Assembly (NCBI RefSeq): GCF_001194135.2
Contig: NC_069005.1
Coordinates: 4,115,433-4,163,845, forward strand
Direction: 5' to 3'
DNA: 48,413 nt
Origin: Octopus bimaculoides
Lineage: Eukaryota
The translations under genes were made by a program, and so were the position numbers. Shown in pieces: positions 12,533 to 25,037 of this stretch. The notes under the pieces are model-generated. The model saw nothing but the letters and a program-made list of their open reading frames with translations. It was not told the DNA's origin and did no database searches. Numbering within the stretch: the first letter of the stretch is position 1; each line of letters opens with the position of its first letter.

Positions 12533-12770
12533 GCGGTACGATGGCAGAGTCGTTAGCACGCGAGGCGAAAAGTTTAATGGTACTTCACCACTCTTTACTT
12601 TGCAAGTCCTAATCGTGCTCAGGCAAGCGTTGTCTTTCATCCTTTCAGGGTCGTTAAAATAAGGAAAATAAGAATATACCTACCTCAGTTGAGCAATTAT
12701 GTCGATGTAATCGACTTACCTGTCTCCTGGAAATCGCTGTACTTGTATTCCAAAGTGTGAAACCAATATG
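12533..12770 (+). mobile_element. Decayed SINE family A copy (cluster copy 4)
   Basis: tggcagagtcgttagcacgcgaggcgaaa...gtctttcatcctttcagggtcgttaaaataag...gtcgatgtaatcgactta...gtgaaacc. Confidence 0.7.
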
Positions 12771-13404
12771 ATAAGGAAGTAATGTAATACTTACGTAGAT
12801 AAGAGATAAAGTAATACTTATATTGTTAGTATAACGAAGTAAAACAAACTTTGCCTGAGGAAAAAAAAATAGTTAGCTAATCAATCATATCATTTTAATT
12901 ATTCAGGAGACTAATTGACGCATATTGTTTATTTGAAAGCTCCATGTAATTATTTCGAACAGTTAATTTTTCATTTCTTACTACATATATTGTTTGATAC
13001 TTAGTCGTTTTTTCTTAGCGTTGGTTTCTCCCCCTCCGCTCTCTGCCTCTCCTCCTGTCTCTACCTCCCTCTCTTTCTCTCTCTTAACGAAATCTCAATT
13101 TTTTTTGTCTACTTACATTACTCCACCAATTGTAAAAGCTTTTAGATTTACATAGATATCTCACGTTTTTTTATTTTTTAGTTTGTTAAGTATTGTCATT
13201 TAAGTTTATTTTTCACTAAACTCATTAACTCCAAAACATGTCCGTTGTTATTTCTTAAAGTTGCAGAAATATTTAAAAGTAATATTCGTTCGTTCGCCAT
13301 ATGTTATTTCATTCACCGTGTACCCATTTATTAGTAAATTTTAGTAAATTTGTGATATAATATCAAAAACCAATTACAGTATGTTCTCTATATAAGTATA
13401 TATT

Positions 13405-13783
13405 GGTGGAGGCGCAATGGCCTAGTGGTTAGGGCAGCGGACTCGCGGTCATAGGATCGCAGTTTCCAGACCGGGCGTTGTGAGTGTTTATTGAGCGAAA
13501 ACACCTAAATCTCCACGAGGCTCCGGCAGCGATTGGTGGCGAACCCTGCTGTACTTTTTCACCACAACTTTCCCTCACTTTTACTTCCTGTTTCTGTTGT
13601 ACCTGTATTTCAAAGGTCCAGCCTCGTCACACTGTGTTACGCTGAATATCCCCGAGAACTACGTTAAGGGTACACGTGTCTGCGGAGTGTTCAGCCACTT
13701 GCACGTTAATTTCACGAGCAGGCTGTTCCGTTGATCGGATCAACTGGAACCCTCGACGTCGTAAGCGACGGAGTGCCAACAAC
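13405..13783 (+). mobile_element. Young tRNA-derived SINE, family C, full length with TSD
   Basis: Head ggaggcgcaatggcctagtggttagggcagcggactcgcg (A box TGGCCTAGTGG), (CAA)n tail, perfect 11-bp TSD AAGTATATATT at 13394-13404 and 13784-13794. Second partial copy at 32328. Confidence 0.92.
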
Positions 13784-15127
13784 AAGTATATATTTATTAT
13801 TGTAATGTACGACGACTATGTGGGTATAGAATGATATATCTCATGCATATAGCGTCCGATACAAAATAAAGGAGGTGGAAATTTCGAAATAGAAATAGGT
13901 AGAACCCATTAACTTTTGTCCAGTTCAATATTCTTTATCCTTGTATATTTAGCATATAATTATCGTCGACATTATCATGAGCATCAACATCATCATCATC
14001 ACCAACATCATAATTGCCGTCGTCGTCATTATCATCATCATCATCGTTTATGTTCAGGTGAGACTATAAAATCTTTCACTCTCAGACTTTAACTGCTTTT
14101 GTGCCCCGCAAAAAGATTCCAATTTCAGAACCAGTTTATACCAGAATACTTTCTGAGCATTTTTGGAAAAATCTCCATTCCTGTTTCTCTGCATCGCCTA
14201 CTTTGTAATGTTGTCTAACATGAATATGTATGTGTGTTTTTATCAGTCTGTCTGCTTGTCTGTTTGCCTGTGTGCGTATATANNNNNNNNNNNNNNNNNN
14301 NNNNNNNNNNNNNNNNNNNNNNNNNNNNNNNNNNNNNNNNNNNNNNNNNNNNNNNNNNNNNNNNNNNNNNNNNNNNNNNNNNNNNNNNNNNNNNNNNNNN
14401 NNNNNNNNNNNNNNNNNNNNNNNNNNNNNNNNNNNNNNNNNNNNNNNNNNNNNNNNNNNNNNNNNNNNNNNNNNNNNNNNNNNNNNNNNNNNNNNNNNNN
14501 NNNNNNNNNNNNNNNNNNNNNNNNNNNNNNNNNNNNNNNNNNNNNNNNNNNNNNNNNNNNNNNNNNNNNNNNNNNNNNNNNNNNNNNNNNNNNNNNNNAC
14601 CAGACCGTAACATTTTCATGTTTAAGCTTTTTTCAAATATGTTTCTTTTTTTTTCAATATTTTTTAAATATTTTTCTATGTTTTTTTTAAAATTTTATTT
14701 TTATTTATTTTTTTTTTTATTTTTTTATTTCCTCATCATATGTTTGAAGCAGAGGTGTTTCGGAAAAATGTCCACAAATGCAGCTTTGCGTTAAGGAGGG
14801 AGAAAACATGCTTATTCTGACAATGTGTGACGTAAACTATCACAGCCACACAATTTTTTTTTGTCTTTTTAATTTCTGAGTTCCCTTTATATTTACATGT
14901 CAGGCATTAAGCTATACGCCTTTTCATATTCGTCTTGGTTGGGGTATGTTGTTCGTGAATTTTGTCCTTCAAATCTGTGCTAATAAATTTCTGAAAATAT
15001 CTCACAAACTGAATAACTTGTCACGTGGTTATGGGTAGATGCTCGCCCCCAAAGCCCTACACGCAGGCAGATCATTACATGAACGCCTTGTCAAACTACG
15101 ACATCGCTAATATAGCACACAATGCAA

Positions 15128-15268
15128 GGCGACGAGCTGACAGAAACGTTAGCACGCCGGGTGAAATACTTAGTGGTATTACGTGTGTCTTTATGTTCTG
15201 AGTTCAAATATCGCCGAGGTCGACTTTGCCTTTCATCCTTTCGAGGTCGATAAATTAAGTACTAGTTG
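15128..15268 (+). mobile_element. SINE family A, 3'-truncated
   Basis: High similarity to 2243-2385. Confidence 0.9.
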
Positions 15269-15345
15269 AATTTGAACGCAGAACGTAAAGTTGGATGAAA
15301 TATCGCTAAGCATTTCACCCGACTTGCTAACATTCCTGCCAACTT
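15269..15345 (-). mobile_element. SINE family A head, inverted, abutting the previous copy
   Basis: Reverse complement reads aagttggcaggaatgttagcaagtcgggtgaaatgcttagcgatatttc...tttacgttctgcgttcaaatt. Confidence 0.8.
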
Positions 15346-16164
15346 ATGGTGTATTTTATCAGCCATTAATTTTACTAGTCTTGGAAATGACGTTTTGTAA
15401 GGCAAACTGCTGTGACTGAACGAATCATATCTTGCAAGAAACATTTTAACCATTTACGAGCCCACTCAGTTGTTAAGTGGAATTCAAATATATTACGTGC
15501 GGTGCCAAATTTATCATTCAAAGAAATTAAAAATTCCACGTCAATTCTTTAAAAGATTTTTAATGTCCACATTTAAAGGCGTGAAGTTCGTTCACTTTTT
15601 TCCTTCTGTTTCATCCTTAGATGTTCAACTGAAAACTATAATGTTTTGCGCCATTGTTGATTGTATCTGGCCTGCGTGCTTTTCTATTACTTCTTTCTTT
15701 CTTTTTTCATTCTTTTCGGGGAATCTGTGTTTTTATTTCAGTTACCAAGTCTCAGTTGTTTGACGGTAAAATCCATATTTCCTGGAATAGAATTAAAAGT
15801 TCAGTTCACTTAGTGATTCACCTCGATATAGTATATACAGGCATACGTACACACATATATACATACACATATGCATACATCTATGTGTCCATATATACAG
15901 ATATACATATATATATATATTTATAAATATGTATATAGAAAGAGAAACATGCACAGGGTAGGATATACAAATAGGTAGATACATGCACTGGAAAATGCAT
16001 CCACACATCACAAATACACGCACACTCGCACAAACACGCACGCACACACATACGCACACATTAAATATTAGCGAAGAAGCAGCCTTCCTAACAAACATTA
16101 ATTACCATATGCCACATGATACGGTTTTCTGTTTATAAGGCCGGGTAAATTTATACAATTCCCG

Positions 16165-16850
16165 CCAGCTTTTCGAGACATCACTGGCTGTTTGCCCAAT
16201 ACTATTCAATATATGTTTGACTGATGTTTCTTTTTGGCTTTCGTGCTTGGCTTGTTACTTCTAATGATGCACAATATGCTAAAATTCCGTTATACAGCAG
16301 TGCTGTCCGCCGGATCTTCAAAATTCAATCAACCGAAACAAAATTTACATACTCTTTAGCATTTATAGTCTACAAGGAATGATTTATCGGTACGTTCACC
16401 GCAGCCGACGGCGTTACAAAGCACGGCATCTCGATTACTTTGGAACTGCTAAATTATATGCGCTACAAAGCGCGTTCTGTCGTTAATTGCTAATTTATTC
16501 ACAACCCATCAACTTTTCATGACATCACTGACTGTTTGCCCGGAATTATTCCATATAGGTTTAGTTATCTGTTTGGCATTTGATGCTTGTCTTCCTACTA
16601 CTGATGATCTACAAAACGGTAAGATCACGTGATGCAGTGTTACCATCCACCGGTGCTGACGAAATGTAATCGACTCTACCAAATTTCGAAACTCCTTTAA
16701 TATTTCTCATCCACACGTAGTAATTTTATCGGGATGTCACTGCAGTATACTTTGTTTTAAACAACACATCCAAATAAAATTCGAAATCGTAATTAATATT
16801 CATTGTAATGGCTGATACCGTTACTAACAGCTAATTTATGCGCACACACG
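16165..16850. repeat. Ancient diverged tandem duplication, period about 344 bp
   Basis: Anchor gacatcactg.ctgtttgccc at 16177 and 16521; colinear patchy similarity through to gctaatttat at the end of each unit. Confidence 0.75.
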
Positions 16851-17476
16851 TAAATGAAACTCAGAAGGTCTACAAACGTCTTCCATGAATTTTCGATCCT
16901 TATTCTTCCATAATAGATATAAAATTTAGTAAGAAAATACTCCAACTCTAAACAGAATTTTTAATAGTGTATATATTTGGCTTAGAATTTTAGGTTTCCA
17001 CATCAATACTTTAAAAATCCCTGCGGTATTTTAGAAGTTAAGAGAAATTGAATATTAAATGAACGTAAGCATATCAATGGTACTACATGTTGTAGCAGCC
17101 AATACGAACACAAAAACTTGTGTATTTGAAATAAACTAATGCATCGAAGAAAAAGCCAAAAGTAAGCCTACGACAACATAAATTGGATGTCCACGCGCAC
17201 GGGCGATCACAGTTAAATGCAAATAAGGACAAACGTACACACAGGTAGACACGCGCCCGTCACAACTATCGTAGATGTGTGTATGTGTGTATAAAAATGC
17301 ATACAAATTCACGCATATGCATAGGTTTATACATGTATACATGCATATATATATATATATATATATANNNNNNNNNNNNNNNNNNNNNNNNNNNNNNNNN
17401 NNNNNNNNNNNNNNNNNNNNNNNNNNNNNNNNNNNNNNNNNNNNNNNNNNNNNNNNNNNNNNNNNNNNNNNNNNNN

Positions 17477-17492
17477 GACGCTCTTCCGATCT
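17477..17492 (+). other. Illumina adapter remnant
   Basis: GACGCTCTTCCGATCT is the 3' end of the TruSeq read-1 primer (ACACTCTTTCCCTACACGACGCTCTTCCGATCT) and sits exactly at a contig edge after an N-gap. Confidence 0.93.
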
Positions 17493-18153
17493 TATATATA
17501 TCACTCCAGACCTTATGCACAATTCACTAAATGCATATTCGCATTACTAATGCGGAAATAGAGACATACAGACATATACATACAAACCCACGATTACATA
17601 CATATAAATGCAACCGTGCATTGATACATGCATCTAAGATTGCATACAAACGGGCATGAAAATACACGTAGGTATAATCTCTTCACAGATATTCCAATAT
17701 ATTCAATATCGATCCATCTCTATCACAAGATCCCATCCAGAATTTGAAGTGCAGTCGAGATTGAAGTGCTCTGCTTTAAATTCAGTAAATGCACAAAACA
17801 ACAAATAAATGTATTGTGATTATTCGTGAATCAATGCACATGCGTGTTTACATTAAAACTGCATGAATTGCACTGCATTTTGCATGTACCAAATATTACA
17901 CCTCTCTTGGTACTTTCATTGATACAGAGGCAATTTCTGTTGGTGAATAGTGAGAAGTTTTCAGACACATATATATATACATGCATATGTATATATATAT
18001 TTGCATACGCATCAAAGAATTCGTATATAGTACGCTTCTGCTCCAAGCCCGTGTGCTTTATCTTCACATCTTACATGTGTACACACGCATAACATCCTGC
18101 TGCTGATAATATATATTATATATATCCGTGTGTGCGCTTGTGCATTTGTGCAG

Positions 18154-18201
<48 letters not shown>

Positions 18202-18318
18202 ACGTCTTCATCATTACGCTTGGGTATTTAGTCAGTGCAGTTATATGCGGTTTACAGCAATGTTAGAAAATAACATAAATAAATATAGAATATACTACAC
18301 ACGCATATACACACACAG

Positions 18319-18371
<53 letters not shown>

Positions 18372-19000
18372 TATATGTATGTAAGTATGTTTTTCTTGTT
18401 CGTGGTTATAGCTTTAAAATTTGAACTTAAAGATAAAGATACCGCGATAGAGTTCGCTAAACGTATAGATAGATACATACCTATTTCTATGAGTTTATGC
18501 ACGTACGTGTGTATGCACGAGCACTCACGCACACACACACACACACACACACACGCATGTGCAAATACAACCGTATTCATATCTACATGCAACCATATAC
18601 ATATACATGAATACATATAGGAATGCATATCGCGTGAGAGCTACGAGGTTACTTTAAAATACCTGCCAAGCCTTGTAACAAAATCATCGATTAAATACAC
18701 CGAACGTTGTCCGAGCTGTTGTTTCAACAAACTATATATTGAACTGTGACAGGCATCACACAAGATATCCTTTATTCTTGAGTAAATCTAATTGAAAGCT
18801 ATTAATTAATTTACACTAGATTCTAAAGTGGTGCTTTAAATTAACGTTCATGCTTAATTCTCTGTCGTCCTATCGATGCAGTTTTTCTGTTGCGTGATGT
18901 TGTGTGTTTGTATTCCTACGTATCTCTGTGTTTGTGTCTGTGTGAGTGTGTGTTTATCAATGTGTTCGTGTGTGTGCATGTGTGTGTGCATGTGTGTGTG

Positions 19001-19038
<38 letters not shown>

Positions 19039-19992
19039 TGTGTGTGAGTGTGTGTTTTAATTTCCTGTCACGAAAATCTTATTGTTTTAAAATTCTTGGC
19101 ACAGCTTTTTTTCAGTATTTTAACTCTTGTATTGAAATGCATAAACATCCTACTTACTCNNNNNNNNNNNNNNNNNNNNNNNNNNNNNNNNNNNNNNNNN
19201 NNNNNNNNNNNNNNNNNNNNNNNNNNNNNNNNNNNNNNNNNNNNNNNNNNNNNNNNNNNNNNNNNNNNNNNNNNNNNNNNNNNNNNNNNNNNNNNNNNNN
19301 NNNNNNNNNNNNNNNNNNNNNNNNNNNNNNNNNNNNNNNNNNNNNNNNNNNNNNNNNNNNNNNNNNNNNNNNNNNNNNNNNNNNNNNNNNNNNNNNNNNN
19401 NNNNNNNNNNNNNNNNNNNNNNNNNNNNNNNNNNNNNNNNNNNNNNNNNNNNNNNNNNNNNNNNNNNNNNNNNNNNNNNNNNNNNNNNNNNNNNNNNNNN
19501 NNNNNNNNNNNNNNNNNNNNNNNNNNNNNNNNNNNNNNNNNNNNNNNNNNNNNNNNNNNNNNNNNNNNNNNNNNNNNNNNNNNNNNNNNNNNNNNNNNNN
19601 NNNNNNNNNNNNNNNNNNNNNNNNNNNNNNNNNNNNNNNNNNNNNNNNNNNNNNNNNNNNNNNNNNNNNNNNNNNNNNNNNNNNNNNNNNNNNNNNNNNN
19701 NNNNNNNNNNNNNNNNNNNNNNNNNNNNNNNNNNNNNNNNNNNNNNNNNNNNNNNNNNNNNNNNNNATGTATATATAAACATATTTGCCAATATTGTGTT
19801 AAGTTATATTTATATAGAGATACAATTCATTACATAGATATATTTGAAGTTTATTTTAAATCAAATACAATTAAAACAATCCTAAGTCCTTTAAAGATAT
19901 TTTCAAGTGAGATCTCAGTTTACTGGTCAGAGCAAGAAAGATCTGAAACCTATTGGTTATGTCTTATTGGAGGCAAGAAATACAACCTTTAA

Positions 19993-20196
19993 GGCAGGGA
20001 GCTGGCAGAAACGTTAGCACTCCGGGCCGAAATGCTTAGCAGTATTTCGTCTGTCTTTATGTTCTGAGTTCAAATTCCGTCGAGGTCGACTTTGCCTTTT
20101 ATCCTTTCGGGGTCGATAAGTTAAGGACCAGTTGCGTACTGGGGTCGATCTAATCAACTGACGCCCCAAGAATTTAAGACTTTGTCCCTAGAGTAG
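19993..20196 (+). mobile_element. SINE family A, full length
   Basis: ggcagggagctggcagaaacgttagcac...gagttcaaattccgtcgaggtcgactttgcc...ctagagtag. Confidence 0.9.
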
Positions 20197-21079
20197 GGAC
20201 ACAAACATATATACGTAAACACCATTATTTATAGCTTGTCGTATATGTATATAATTATCTTGGAACGAAGGCCAGAGTTCGCGAAAATGAGGCATTGTGG
20301 CTTTAACATATGCAGTTTCCTGTACAATTCAATGTACCTTGCAGTATACACGCACAATCTCCCACGCACATACTCTCTCACGGTCACAAATGCACACACA
20401 CCTAAAACATACACACACATAATCCTGCCCTCCTCTCACTATTTAGCTACCTCCATTGATATATGTGCACATTTAAGTGAAACGTTTTATTGAAATTTAT
20501 GTTTATCTGGATATTATTTTGCTTCTTCTGTTTACAACATATTGTTCCCTCTATGTGTGGATGCTTGCAAATTCCTGTGAATGTCACTTTATAGAATGTG
20601 ATAAGGTGTTGACATATTTCATGACAAAACACACCCATCAATTCGTATATCTATTCTGTGAACTGTTGCATAAAGACGTAAATCTTGAAAATCCCGGCCT
20701 TAAACCTGGTAATCTTTTCTTGTATTTTCATAGGAATCTATTTGCAATTCCACGAAGTTTTACGTGATAGCTTCTCGATGTAATGATAAAGCCAATGACT
20801 GATATAGGAAAAAATATTTATTAACAGCTCTATGTATTATAAAATATAACAACAGCGAAGGAATTCTCAGTTTGCGTTGGCCAGGAAATTTGTAGTCATA
20901 TATTTAACTAAACAATGAAGACACCTGAAGCTTTGCCGTTAATTTTTATCATCGAAGTAGTTCCAGTGTCTTTTAAAAATCTTAGCCAATTTACGGGTCG
21001 CAGTTAAATATATTTTAAATTCCACCATGCAATGATGAAAACTGTGGTACGTATTGTGTAATAGACTTCTGTATCATAC

Positions 21080-21220
21080 GTGAGTGTGTGTAGCTGTGTG
21101 GTAACAAGCTTGCTTCCAAACTACATGGAACCATGGAAACTTGGGCAAGTGTCTTATAGTATAGGCACGGACGGATAAATGTCTTTTGAGTGTATTTGGC
21201 TGACGCAAACAGCAAGATAG
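21080..21220 (+). mobile_element. SINE family B 5' half, decayed
   Basis: tagctgtgtggtaacaagcttgcttcc...acttgggcaagtgtctt...gagtgtatttggctgacgcaaac. Confidence 0.7.
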
Positions 21221-21318
21221 ACACAAAGAAACACACATAAATATTCATATCGATGTATATTCCTCTGTATGTGTATGTCTGTGTGTATGCGTGCGTGTAC
21301 GTGTGTATGTGTGTATCT

Positions 21319-21480
21319 ATACGACGCTTTCTTTCAGTTTCTGTCAACCAAAACCGCCCACAAGGCTCTGCTCGACTCGAGGCTGCAGTAGAAGAAATTT
21401 GCAAATGTGCCACGCAGTGGAAATGAACCCAGAACTATATAGTGGAGAAGCAAGCTTCTTAGACCACATCCACGCCGCCT
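21319..21480 (-). mobile_element. SINE family B 5' half, inverted
   Basis: Plus strand atacgacgctttctttcagtttctgtc...gtgccacgcagtggaaatgaaccc...ccacgccgcct matches 8355-8528. Confidence 0.8.
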
Positions 21481-22328
21481 TGTTTATATTCTATTAAACG
21501 ACTCAATGCTATGTTAGAAATTGCTTCAGCCCGTTGCCATTGTTGTACATTGGAAGCGAATACACGAGTTTATAATTTTAGACAGACTAAATGATTAATT
21601 CGCTTGTCATTTTGTTACGTCCAAAACTTCATAACATCACTTCGTAAAGTATTGCCCGAAAAAGTACAGAATGGACAGTTAGCTTGACATACAACACGGA
21701 AATGACACGCTGGTGGCATTACTGTATTATTAGAGAGTTACTCAAAGCGGAAAGTGTATAGACAATACTACAAGTGTAAGAGATTGGTGGAATTTACTCA
21801 TACTTTTTAAAGTAAAACTCCCCGAAACACGAATGAAGTTGTAACATAAAAACTCAAAACATTTGTTGCAATGATAACAAAGACTCTCTGTGGGTGAGAC
21901 ATAAATATATGTAAGGAGTCGTTTGAGACAGATGAACGACACGCGACAGTTTCTCCCACGTGGTTGATGGAGATGCGATATATCAAATACCACCATTAAC
22001 ATGAAAGGAACTATCATAGATTAGACTGTATTTAATATATTCGCTGGTGTTGTTGTTATTGCTATAGTTATGGTTGTCACCGTTGTTTTTCCTTGATATT
22101 CCGTTTGTTATTTCGTTGATTTTTCTTTTTGTTTTTACAGTGTTATATATTTATTTGAAACTCATTGGGTTATGTTTTACAGTATTTCATTTATCTTCAT
22201 GATATTTTTATTACGTTTATTTTTAAAATTTTCAAATTTGTATTTTCACAATATATTTGTTGTCCACATTGCTAAGATTGATGCGGTTCTTACAGTTTTT
22301 GTGACATTTTGATGATGAGAGTTACATA

Positions 22329-22387
<59 letters not shown>

Positions 22388-23925
22388 CGTGTGTGTGTGT
22401 GTGTGTGTGTGCGTGCGTGTGCGTGTGTGTTTGTGTGTCTGTGTGTGCGTCTCTGTGTCTGTGTATGTGTTTATATGCCTCTTTTTAGATTTGTCGTTCT
22501 ATTAGTTATCGTTGATGTTTTTCTTAGCTTTTTGTAGTAATTTTTTTGTTATGTGTTCCTGTTCTGACTGCTTTTGCAGTTATTGCTGTTTTGCCTGCTG
22601 CTGTGGTCATGCATCTGTAACGATGTCAAAATTGATTTAGCTAATACAAGTGGCTTCAATAGAAACGCATACATCGCATATATATTTGTGTGTGGGTCCG
22701 TGTTTTTTGTGAATGTATGTATGTGCGTCTGTGTGTATAAAAATACATATGCAGACATATATGAGTATAAGTGCTTCAGCATAGAAAGATGTATATATAT
22801 ATATATGGATGGATTGATGTATACACATATAAGCACACGTACATATGCAGCCATATCTATGTGTTCGTGTATGTGCAGGTACTATTGCAAATAATTACGT
22901 ACATACATAGAAACGTATGACATATTTTTGTTTTCTTATTTCTGTGTTAAAACAAATTTACAGTTCGGTAGATATCGAATTTATGAATGAGCAGATCTGT
23001 TCTACATTTGCTTTCGTTTTTGATACTGCTGCATAGCCAAAAAGTAAATAACTGAATAAATAAATAAATGAATAAATAGGAAAACCAAACGGGAAGATAT
23101 TTCCTGAAAATGAAAATTAACAAATCTTTAATGTTTTCAAATGTTACGATATGTATCAAAACTTCATCACTCACAAATATATTGTTCATTCCGATATATG
23201 AAAATTTTCTCTTTAGCGCGTTAGATGTTATCGTGTTACGAAGAGATGTCGATGTCTGCATTAAACTGAAATAGGACCATATATACATTGACAAATTCAC
23301 ATAAATATACGCATACATAGACCCACTTACATCGTCACACGTACAAAAACAGGAAAGCACACACAAGCGCATAGAAGAATAGTCAGCACTTCACATCTCA
23401 GAGATATGCTTGTCATGAAAGCACATTAAAAGTGTATATTCAATAAGGATCCCTCTACGTAGTCTTTGGAAATTGCTAGATACAGGAACCAAGTCCTTCT
23501 ATCGTAATGCAGGGACACTCTGAGTAATTGACTCAGCTGTTCTCATTTTCATATTTTAATGGTTCCTACAACACCTCCCCAGCACATCGTCTTTGTTTAT
23601 GAAATATTTCTTACTTATATTAATTTGAATTCGCTGGAACGATGCTCGTTGCTAGAGACGTGCGACTTCTCAATCGATTGTATACTTCGATCGAAACCAT
23701 ATGACGAAATGACCTGGGACTTCTCGACTATTGTTTATTGAAACGCATTCGTTTAAATATCCACCACGTCCAAAAACTCTTTTTTGTTTATTGTAACTAT
23801 ATGTGACAATTGTTAATCTGCTGTAGCCTGAGACCGTATTTTCACAATAGTTTAATATTGGTGGTTGATTTAAACTTAAATCCTCCCAAAACTTGTGAAT
23901 GGTTGCGCATCAATGCATATAGACA

Positions 23926-24009
23926 CACATACATACATACATATACATACATACATATACATACATACGCACGCACGTACGCACATACATACATACATAC
24001 ATACATACA

Positions 24010-24039
<30 letters not shown>
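23926..24039. repeat. (TACA)n microsatellite
   Basis: Long TACA run directly 5' of the LINE fragment. Confidence 0.95.
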
Positions 24040-24040
<1 letters not shown>

Positions 24041-24049
24041 GGCAACTCT

Positions 24050-24345
24050 TCACACCGATGTCTTGAGCGAAAGCTAATCATTTTAAACCATGAACTGAGG
24101 ACGATGATCGAGAAATGTCGCTATCGCATGCGAATTTTTGAAAGAGCTGGTATCAATCGCAAGTTTGCTTCCGACCTACAAGAATTATGCAGAGAGCTGA
24201 GGAAGGAAAACATTACCATTAAGAAAGCTCCCTCCCAAGAAGATCTACAATCATTGTGGTCAAAATTTTTGACGGAAAGACGGATTTCAACCTGAATGCA
24301 TCATGGTTAAATACAATTGAGAGAGAATAGCGTACCAGTATTAAC
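24050..24345 (+). mobile_element. Decayed R4/Dong-like non-LTR retrotransposon fragment, region before the RT
   Basis: LERKLIILNHELRTMIEKCRYRMRIFERAGINRKFASDLQELCRELRKENITIKKAPSQEDLQSLWSK, then after a frameshift DGKTDFNLNASWLNTIERE. Same architecture (LK..L.....RY....R.N..F......YREL....P..E....FW..IW....HN..A.W) as the 34325 fragment. Confidence 0.65.
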
Positions 24346-25004
24346 AGCAAACCATATATATATANNNNNNNNNNNNNNNNNNNNNNNNNNNNNNNNNNNN
24401 NNNNNNNNNNNNNNNNNNNNNNNNNNNNNNNNNNNNNNNNNNNNNNNNNNNNNNNNNNNNNNNNNNNNNNNNNNNNNNNNNNNNNNNNNNNNNNNNNNNN
24501 NNNNNNNNNNNNNNNNNNNNNNNNNNNNNNNNNNNNNNNNNNNNNNNNNNNNNNNNNNNNNNNNNNNNNNNNNNNNNNNNNNNNNNNNNNNNNNNNNNNN
24601 NNNNNNNNNNNNNNNNNNNNNNNNNNNNNNNNNNNNNNNNNNNNNNNNNNNNNNNNNNNNNNNNNNNNNNNNNNNNNNNNNNNNNNNNNNNNNNNNNNNN
24701 NNNNNNNNNNNNNNNNNNNNNNNNNNNNNNNNNNNNNNNNNNNNNNNNNNNNNNNNNNNNNNNNNNNNNNNNNNNNNNNNNNNNNNNNNNNNNNNNNNNN
24801 NNNNNNNNNNNNNNNNNNNNNNNNNNNNNNNNNNNNNNNNNNNNNNNNNNNNNNNNNNNNNNNNNNNNNNNNNNNNNNNNNNNNNNNNNNNNNNNNNNNN
24901 NNNNNNNNNNNNNNNNNNNNNNNNNNNNNNNNNNNNNNNNNNNNNNNNNNNNNNNNNNNNNNNNNNNNNNNNNNNNNNNNNNNNNNNNNNNNNNNNNNNN
25001 NNNN

Positions 25005-25037
<33 letters not shown>

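Noticed and set aside
2243-20196. tRNA genes
   Set aside because: The A/B-box sequences are SINE heads continuing into SINE bodies; no complete cloverleaf seen.
22580-22620. Good acceptor (ctgactgcttttgcag) followed by IAVLPAAVVMHL* or YCCFACCCGHAS
   Set aside because: Frame ambiguous, low-complexity GCT/TGT content, no upstream exon identified.
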